Part shown: positions 34,485 to 40,345 of the stretch, piece after piece
How positions within the stretch are numbered: position 1 is the stretch's first letter
How the letters are laid out: the number at the start of each line of letters is the position of its first letter
From: Candidatus Iainarchaeum sp.
GTDB lineage: Archaea > Iainarchaeota > Iainarchaeia > Iainarchaeales > JAZDDZ01
Length of the DNA: 40,345 nt
Reading direction: 5' to 3'
NCBI GenBank assembly: GCA_043809245.1
Contig: JAZDDZ010000034.1
Span: forward strand, 1-40,345
Program-made: the position numbers and the translations under genes
Notes under the pieces: generated by a model
Seen by the model: only the letters and a program-made list of their open reading frames with translations
Told to the model about the DNA's origin: nothing
Databases searched by the model: none

Positions 34485-35096
34485 ATGGTTTTTATGCAAT
34501 TGATTCAGAAAATTATGGATTCAAAGTCAAAGATTTCCTTGCTGGCGCAACTGCTTGATAGGCCCGGCTCTTTTTCTGTTTCGGAGTTGGGGCGGCTTGC
34601 CGGGCTTCCAAAGGCAACGGTTTCACTTATTGTAAAAGACTGGCTTAACACTGGCATTGTTTTGGCTGAAGTGCAGGGCAGGAACAAAATGGTTAGGCTG
34701 AACCAAAAGTTTTACGTCCTCCCTGAAATCAGAAAGTTTTTCAGCAAAACAACGGATTTTCAGGCGCCCCTGCTAAAAAGGCTTAAATCGTCAAAGGCAT
34801 TCAGGAGCCCTAAAGTTAAGGCAATGGTTGTTTTCGGCTCTAGGGCCGGAAAAAATTTTGCGCATGCCTCTGACTTGGATGTTTTAATCGTGCCTGAAAG
34901 CAAAAAAGACAAGGCAATCGAAGGATTTGTTGTGGATTTCGTTAAAGCGACCGCTGAAAGCGGCGTTAGGTTTTCCCCTGTATTCATTGAAAAGGCTGAA
35001 TTGAAAGCGCGCCTGCAGGAACACGACAACTTCGCGGAAAATATTTTGGGTAATGGGGTGATTTTGAAGGGGGGAAAATGGCTTGAGCGCCTTTAA
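34485..35096 (+). CDS. HTH-fused minimal nucleotidyltransferase (MNT antitoxin)
   Basis: SVSELGRLAGLPKATVS winged HTH and VFGSRA......SDLDVLIV. Confidence 0.88.
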   Translation: MVFMQLIQKIMDSKSKISLLAQLLDRPGSFSVSELGRLAGLPKATVSLIVKDWLNTGIVLAEVQGRNKMVRLNQKFYVLPEIRKFFSKTTDFQAPLLKRLKSSKAFRSPKVKAMVVFGSRAGKNFAHASDLDVLIVPESKKDKAIEGFVVDFVKATAESGVRFSPVFIEKAELKARLQEHDNFAENILGNGVILKGGKWLERL

Positions 35097-35451
35097 ACAG
35101 CACCTTGACCTTGCGAATGAAAGATTTCTTGCTGCTGAAGGGCAAATGGAAGATGAAAAATTCCACACCGCCGCCCACTTGTTCATTAATGCATGCATTA
35201 ATTACCATAATGCGTTATGCCAGAAATTCCTGAACAAAATTCCCTCGCACAAGCAGCATTCCGACACAAGCTATTTTCAGGAGCTTTCAAGGTTTATGGG
35301 AAGTGATTCACACAGATACCGCAATGCATACGAATTCCTTATCGCGCACAAGGGGCAGGCTGATTACGGCGTGCATTTCTCAATCAATGCCGCGGAACAG
35401 GTTAAAAGGCGCGCCGCAATAATCAAGGGCATTGCAGAGCAACTGCTGTAA
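35083..35451 (+). CDS. HEPN domain protein
   Basis: HLDLANERF.AA......FHTAAHL...A.INY.NAL, PSHKQH, K.QADYG; overlaps the MNT stop. Confidence 0.75.
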   Translation: MSAFKQHLDLANERFLAAEGQMEDEKFHTAAHLFINACINYHNALCQKFLNKIPSHKQHSDTSYFQELSRFMGSDSHRYRNAYEFLIAHKGQADYGVHFSINAAEQVKRRAAIIKGIAEQLL

Positions 35452-35465
35452 ACAAAGGGCTTGTT

Positions 35466-35810
35466 TCAGCTTCTTTTGTAACCGAATTTTCTCTCGTATT
35501 CCTTGTGGCTAATATATTCAAGGTAGATTAGGAATAGCTTTACCTTGTCTCCGGTTATCGTGTAGATTAGCCGCCAGTTTGAGTCAAGGTTTAATTTCCA
35601 AAGGTTTGTTGCATCGTATTTTTGCAGGTATTCTTTTGGCCAGAGTTTTCTCGGAATCTTAACGCCCGCTTCAGTATTCTCTGCGAGTTTTGCTGTAGCC
35701 TTGCTTATGATTTCAAGCAAATACTTTGCTTCGCTGTTGCCTTGCCCTGTTTTTTCCTTGAGCCGTTCATAATCCTTATTGAATTCCGGCGAGTAGCGGA
35801 TTTCATGCAT
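35466..35810 (-). CDS. RelE-like toxin
   Basis: MHEIRYSPEF.KDY..L...G.KIPRKLWP...NLWKLNL...WRLIYTI...HKEYERKFGY; ATG at 35810 overlaps the partner's stop region. Confidence 0.7.
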   Translation of the reverse strand: MHEIRYSPEFNKDYERLKEKTGQGNSEAKYLLEIISKATAKLAENTEAGVKIPRKLWPKEYLQKYDATNLWKLNLDSNWRLIYTITGDKVKLFLIYLEYISHKEYERKFGYKRS

Positions 35811-36078
35811 GGGCTGGCACACTCTCATCAATCAGTTTTCTGGCTTTAGGGGAATCTGCAAAAACCCATACAAGCTTGTCGTCTTTTGTAACCATGATTT
35901 TTCTTGAATCAATCAGGTAATCAATTACAATCCTATAAGTCTGGTACATCACCTTTTTAGGCAGTTTTTGCCACAGCTTTGTCCTCTTGGGATAATCCCT
36001 TGCATTCCTTATGGCGTCCTCAATCATGAGAACAGTGTCAAGGCGGGGATAATGCAAGACAGTCGTTCTAGCAAGCAT
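35803..36078 (-). CDS. Small winged-helix-like protein, probable antitoxin of the downstream RelE-like gene
   Basis: HYPRLDTVLMIEDAI....KRTKLWQKLPKKVMYQT...IDYL..S.KI...D.KLVWV; cotranscribed with the toxin and preceded by a palindrome. Confidence 0.65.
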   Translation of the reverse strand: MLARTTVLHYPRLDTVLMIEDAIRNARDYPKRTKLWQKLPKKVMYQTYRIVIDYLIDSRKIMVTKDDKLVWVFADSPKARKLIDESVPAHA

Positions 36079-36082
36079 ATTT

Positions 36083-36120
36083 ATCATATAAGTTTATATG
36101 ATGAATATATTTAAATATAT
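36083..36120. promoter_or_regulatory. Operator palindrome ATCATATAA-GT-TTATATGAT plus palindromic TATA ATATATTTAAATATAT
   Basis: Perfect 9-bp inverted repeat at 36083-36102 and a 16-bp palindrome at 36105-36120, just upstream of the ATG at 36078. Confidence 0.6.
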
Positions 36121-36130
36121 CGCCAATGCT

Positions 36131-36427
36131 TTAGGCGAATTTCTCCAGCGCCTCGGAGCCGTTCATTCCCTCGCTTACACCCAATTCTTTTGCTTTCGCG
36201 CTAACGGAAACAATTTTCGCTTTCAGCATGCCCTCATAGCTGTCAACGCCGCGCACAATTGCAAGCGCATCCCCAAGTTTTTCCGCGGTTTCAACCGACA
36301 AATAGCCGCAGCCCAAAAAACCCTTTTTCCCTTTAATCAGCAAAAGCTTTGCGCTGTAAAGCTCCACTTTCACTGCGTCAAACTCTTTTCCCAGCCAGTG
36401 AAATTTTTTCGATTGTGCGAAGGTCAT
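36131..36427 (-). CDS. YunC / DUF1805 family protein
   Basis: LLLIKGKKGFLGCGYLSVETAEKLGDALAIVRGV.SYE.ML.AKI..VS..A.ELGV..GM.G.EAL. Confidence 0.85.
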   Translation of the reverse strand: MTFAQSKKFHWLGKEFDAVKVELYSAKLLLIKGKKGFLGCGYLSVETAEKLGDALAIVRGVDSYEGMLKAKIVSVSAKAKELGVSEGMNGSEALEKFA

Positions 36428-36447
36428 TCAGTTCACTTCAACTTTTT

Positions 36448-36732
36448 TTATGGGTGGAGTACTTGAGTCCGCCCGTTTCTGTTAACAACAACCGCCCTTT
36501 CGCCTCTTTCTCCTTTAACAAAAAAAGTAAAGTTTGGATCGCGCATAGACCTTTTCATTGATTCTACTGCCATATTTCTAAATTTTAACGCATCCTCTTT
36601 GCTCATTTGCCCGTGTTCACGAAATGAATTTATTGTTTCAACAATTTTTTCTAAAAACGGCTTGTTATATTTAGGAATCAGCGGCGGCTTTCCTGTTTTC
36701 CTTTTTCTAAAATTCTTTTTAGGCCCTTTCAC
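36448..36732 (-). CDS. Basic hypothetical ORFan downstream of leuB
   Basis: Open frame with a K/R/P-rich N-terminus; probable GTG start at 36732 overlapping the leuB 3' end; AT-rich. Confidence 0.5.
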   Translation of the reverse strand: MKGPKKNFRKRKTGKPPLIPKYNKPFLEKIVETINSFREHGQMSKEDALKFRNMAVESMKRSMRDPNFTFFVKGERGERAVVVNRNGRTQVLHP

Positions 36733-37783
36733 AAATCTTTGCACCCATTTCTTTTGTTCCAATGAGTTTGCATCCTTCCTGCATTATGTCGCTTGTGCGA
36801 AAGCCTTGCTCAAGTGTTGCTTCAACCGCTTTCTCAATCGCTTGGGCTTCTTTTTCAAGGTTAAACGAATAGCGGAGCATCATTGCAGCGCTCAAAATTG
36901 CTGCAATCGGGTTAGCCTTGTTCTGCCCCATTATGTCAGGAGCAGAGCCGTGAATCGGTTCATAAAGGCCAAAGCCTTTGTCATTCAATGAAGCCGAGGG
37001 AAGCAGTCCGATGCTGCCTGTAATCATTGAAGCCTCGTCGCTTAAAATGTCGCCGAACATGTTGCCGCAAAGCATTACATCAAACTGCTTCGGGTTTTTC
37101 ACCAATTGCATTGAAGCGTTATCCACGTAAAGGTGATTCAATTGCACTTCAGGAAACTCCTTTGCGACTTTTTCCACTGTTTCACGCCAAAGCACGCTTA
37201 CAGTCAAAACATTTGCCTTGTCAATGGAAGTTACTTTCTTGTTTCTCTTCATTGCCGCGTCAAATGCAACGCGGGCAATCCTCTCAATTTCCGGGGCAGA
37301 GTACTTCATTTCATCGCTCGCCCAATTATCTCCTTTTGCTTTTTTGCCGAAGTAAATGCCGCCTGTCAGTTCCCTTATAATCAACATGTCAAAACCGTCG
37401 CCGATTATTTCTTTTTTGAGTGGCGAGGCGCCTGCAAGGCATTTGAACACCTTTGCAGGGCGAAGGTTTGCGAACAAGTCAAAGTGTTTCCTTAAAGGCA
37501 GAAGAGCAGCGCGCTCAGGCCTTTTCTCGGGGGGCAGCTTGTCTGCTTCAGGGCATCCGACCGCGCCGAAAAGAATCGCGTCCGATTCCTCGCAAATTTT
37601 AAGCGTTTTTTCAGGGAGGCATGTTTCAAATTTTTTGTAAGCCTCAAATCCAACGTCAGCGTGCAAAAACTCAAAGCCGCAGCCAAACTTTTTTTCAACC
37701 GCCTGAAGCACCTTAACCGCTTCAGCTGTCACCTCCAAACCAATGCCGTCCCCTGGAAGCACTGCGATTTTATGCTTTTTCAT
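36719..37783 (-). CDS. leuB: 3-isopropylmalate dehydrogenase
   Basis: [62 protein letters not shown]. Confidence 0.96.
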   Translation of the reverse strand: MKKHKIAVLPGDGIGLEVTAEAVKVLQAVEKKFGCGFEFLHADVGFEAYKKFETCLPEKTLKICEESDAILFGAVGCPEADKLPPEKRPERAALLPLRKHFDLFANLRPAKVFKCLAGASPLKKEIIGDGFDMLIIRELTGGIYFGKKAKGDNWASDEMKYSAPEIERIARVAFDAAMKRNKKVTSIDKANVLTVSVLWRETVEKVAKEFPEVQLNHLYVDNASMQLVKNPKQFDVMLCGNMFGDILSDEASMITGSIGLLPSASLNDKGFGLYEPIHGSAPDIMGQNKANPIAAILSAAMMLRYSFNLEKEAQAIEKAVEATLEQGFRTSDIMQEGCKLIGTKEMGAKICERA

Positions 37784-38274
37784 TTCCCAGCCTCCTTTTT
37801 CACATACTCCATTAACCCGCCAGCCGCAATTATTTTCTGGATGAATTCAGGCAAAGGCTTTGCCTTGAATGTTTTTCCGCTTGAAAGGTTTTTGATTTCC
37901 CCCGTCGAAGCGTTTACCTCCACTTCGTCCCCAGCGTTGATTCCCTTCACTGCCTCAACTGACTCAAAAATCGGCAGGCCTGTGTTTATTGCGTTGCGAA
38001 AGAAAATGCGCGCAAAGCTTTCCGCGACAATACAGCTTATTCCCGAAGCCTTAATGGATAGGGGTGCGTGTTCCCTGCTTGAACCGCAGCCGAAGTTTTT
38101 TCCCGCGACAATGATGTCGCCTTTTGAAACTTTTTTAACGAACTCTGCGTCAATGTCCTCCATGCAGTGCTTTGCAAGCTCTGCCGCATCAGAAGTGTTA
38201 AGGTAACGCGCTGGAATGATTACATCAGTGTCCACGTTGTCCTTGAACTTGAATGCCTTGCCTTTAAGGTTCAT
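37780..38274 (-). CDS. leuD: 3-isopropylmalate dehydratase small subunit
   Basis: [42 protein letters not shown]. Confidence 0.95.
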   Translation of the reverse strand: MNLKGKAFKFKDNVDTDVIIPARYLNTSDAAELAKHCMEDIDAEFVKKVSKGDIIVAGKNFGCGSSREHAPLSIKASGISCIVAESFARIFFRNAINTGLPIFESVEAVKGINAGDEVEVNASTGEIKNLSSGKTFKAKPLPEFIQKIIAAGGLMEYVKKEAGK

Positions 38275-39549
38275 TTATTTCAACTCCTCGGGGGAAACAA
38301 TTTTTCCAGCAATCGCGGAAGCAGCTGCAACAGCTGCATTGCTCAAATAAACCTCGCTTTTTGTGTGCCCCATTCTGCCGACAAAATTCCTGTTCGTTGT
38401 GCTGATGGCTTTTTCCCCTTCTGCAAGAACCCCCATGTGCCCGCCTAAGCACGGCCCACAGGTTGGAGTGCTGAAAGCCGCTCCGGCTTTAACGAATATT
38501 TCCGCGATTCCTTCCTTAACGCATTGGAGGTAAATCTGCTGTGTTCCCGGAAGAATGATTGCCCTAACATTCTGTGAAACCTTTTTTCCTTTCATTATCT
38601 GCGCCGCAATTCTAAGGTCCTCCATTCTTCCGTTCGTACAGGAGCCTATAACCGCCTGGTCTATTTCAACTGAGCCAACCTCTGAAATCGGCTTTGCGTT
38701 TTCAGGCAAATGGGGAAAGGAAACCTGTGGCTCTATCGCCGAAGCGTCAAATGAAAATTTTTCACTGTAAGCGGCGTCTTTATCGCTTTCAAATTCTTTG
38801 AACGCAAGTTTTTTTCCAGTGGTTGCCTCCACTTCCTTCATATAAGCGCGGGTTTTTTCGTCAACTGCGATTATTCCGTTTTTCGCCCCGGCTTCAATTG
38901 CCATGTTGCATAAGCTGAACCTTGAATCCATTGAAAGCGCATCAATTCCTGTGCCCTTGAATTCCATTGCCTTGTATAATGCGCCGTCAACGCCTATTTC
39001 CCCAATTGTGTGAAGAATGAAGTCTTTTCCGTAAACCCATTTTTTTAGAGTGCCAGAGAATTCAAACAACTGGCTTTCCGGAACCTTAAACCAAAGCTTT
39101 CCTAAAGCCATTGCGGCTGCCAAATCCGTGCTTCCAACGCCTGTTGCAAACGCGCCCAAAGCGCCGTAAGTGCAGGTGTGTGAATCCGCGCCGACAATCA
39201 GCTGCCCTGGCAAAGTAAAGCCCTGCTCGTGCAGGAAAACATGCTCTATGCCTATCCTCCCCACGTCAAACCATCTGAGGCCGTGCTCTTTGGAGAATTC
39301 GCGCATTAGTTTCACCTGCTGCGCTGTCTTAATGTCCTTGTTTGGCGTGAAATGGTCAGCAATCAAAAGGATTTTTTCCCTGTCAAAAACTTTCTTCAAT
39401 CCCGCTTTGCGGAACTCGTTCACTGCAACTGGCGCAGTGATATCATTGCCGAAAGCAAAGTCAACGTGTGCCTCAATCAGCTCTCCAGGCGAAACGCTTT
39501 TTTTTCCGCAATGGGCTGCGAGAATCTTTTCGGAAATTGTCTGCGGCAT
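38275..39549 (-). CDS. leuC: 3-isopropylmalate dehydratase large subunit
   Basis: [52 protein letters not shown]. Confidence 0.95.
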   Translation of the reverse strand: MPQTISEKILAAHCGKKSVSPGELIEAHVDFAFGNDITAPVAVNEFRKAGLKKVFDREKILLIADHFTPNKDIKTAQQVKLMREFSKEHGLRWFDVGRIGIEHVFLHEQGFTLPGQLIVGADSHTCTYGALGAFATGVGSTDLAAAMALGKLWFKVPESQLFEFSGTLKKWVYGKDFILHTIGEIGVDGALYKAMEFKGTGIDALSMDSRFSLCNMAIEAGAKNGIIAVDEKTRAYMKEVEATTGKKLAFKEFESDKDAAYSEKFSFDASAIEPQVSFPHLPENAKPISEVGSVEIDQAVIGSCTNGRMEDLRIAAQIMKGKKVSQNVRAIILPGTQQIYLQCVKEGIAEIFVKAGAAFSTPTCGPCLGGHMGVLAEGEKAISTTNRNFVGRMGHTKSEVYLSNAAVAAASAIAGKIVSPEELK

Positions 39550-39577
39550 CAATCAACCACGTATATTTTTACTGGGC

Positions 39578-40216
39578 TTACCCCTTTAATTTCTTTCTTC
39601 TCACGCTTTCCGGCTCTTCAAGGAAATTTTCCCGGGCGGAAACATTTTCCCCTGACTCGATTTCAAGTTTTTCCCTTGCTTCGCCCGCGATTTTCCCGCC
39701 AACCTTTGCCGCGGTTTCGTTTTGAACAAATCCTTTGGCATCCTTGCCCCTGGCGATTTTTGTAGTGGATGCCTCGCCGAGCATTGTGAAAATCAGCTCC
39801 AGGTCGTTCATGTGGTCGCGCAAATTTTCCTGTTTTAAGCCCTTGAATTCCTTGTATTCGCTTGGGGTCATTCCAAACGTTGCCTTTGATATTTCGGCCG
39901 TCAGAATGGAGTATTCCGTTCCCTCTTTCACGCCCCTCTTTTTCCACTCTTCCGTGAGCTCATCCCTTACAGCTATTCCCCTCGCCCTTTTCTCAATCCA
40001 CTCGTCCGAATAGCCTTTGGCTTTATAGATTTCCTTCATTCTTTTCTGCGCTAACTCTGGATTCCCAATCTCCTGAACGCGTTCATAGCCCACTTTTGCG
40101 AGCCACCTCTTGAATGGTTCGGCTTTGGAGGATGGAATAGATTGGATTAGCCGAAATGCATTTTCAGTATTGGCAAAATTAAGCGTTTGTGGCCCTCCTG
40201 AAGTATCTATAGTCAA
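39578..40216 (-). pseudogene. Bro-N / phage-antirepressor-like gene, 5' part missing
   Basis: ANTE..FRLIQSIPSSKAEPFKRWLAKVGYERVQEI.NPELA..R....Y..KGY..EWI..R, LRDHM.DLELIFTMLGE are family hallmarks. The expected N-terminal part is replaced by unrelated A/C-skewed DNA. Confidence 0.75.
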
Positions 40217-40345
40217 TGACTTATGTATTTGAACATTTTGGTGAGTCTTTTTTTGTGAGCTTGTTTTGTGGTTGCTTTTTTGTAGTCGGTGAGTGTGGAG
40301 TAGTAGGTGTTGGCGGTGGTTCTTTTGAGTGTGTGCCAGCCTGGT
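40213..40345 (-). mobile_element. Probable IS end (C-terminus of an unidentified ORF, possibly a transposase) interrupting the Bro-N gene
   Basis: Abrupt compositional switch. The minus frame 40344-40213 reads PGWHTLKRTTANTYYSTLTDYKKATTKQAHKKRLTKMFKYISH* with the same A/C coding-strand skew as the IS at the left edge. Confidence 0.4.

Noticed and set aside
40217-40345. In-frame upstream continuation of the Bro-N ORF to the window edge
   Set aside because: The frame is open, but its translation (TRLAHTQKNHRQH...) does not resemble Bro-N; lack of stops is expected in T-poor, A/C-skewed DNA.
1-40345. Alternative genetic code or stop-codon reassignment
   Set aside because: TAA, TAG and TGA all end conserved genes at expected positions, and tRNA-Trp has the standard CCA anticodon.

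Overview
Gene-dense archaeal segment with TATA/BRE promoters, GGTGA/GGAGGTG Shine-Dalgarno (SD) motifs and 4-nt stop/start overlaps. It most resembles a DPANN archaeon with expanded anabolism, such as Iainarchaeota/Diapherotrites; this assignment is inference. It is an amino-acid biosynthesis island: DUF1015-apgM-like-thrC, carA-carB, a ~21.5 kb minus-strand aromatic cluster (tal, pheA, split tkt, aroF, tRNA-Trp, trpE-G-D-CF-B-A, aroA-aroK fusion, aroB, aroD, aroE, aroC, tyrA) and leuCDB. Four toxin-antitoxin pairs and several ORFans are interspersed, and both window ends run into apparent IS elements. Top observations: (1) carB is split at its conserved GQAGE|FDYSG motif by a 34-nt insertion. 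It folds into a bulge-helix-bulge whose predicted endonuclease cuts exactly restore the reading frame, so it is a candidate archaeal mRNA intron. (2) Unannotated leader ORFs precede the aromatic operons: a Phe/Tyr/Trp-rich 31-aa peptide plus hairpin before tal-pheA-tkt-aroF, and a Trp-containing leader plus tRNA-Trp before trpE. Both carry a prfB-like CUU-UGG site whose +1 frame is open and ends at a meaningful position. This suggests amino-acid-sensing attenuation, possibly through hungry-codon frameshifting.
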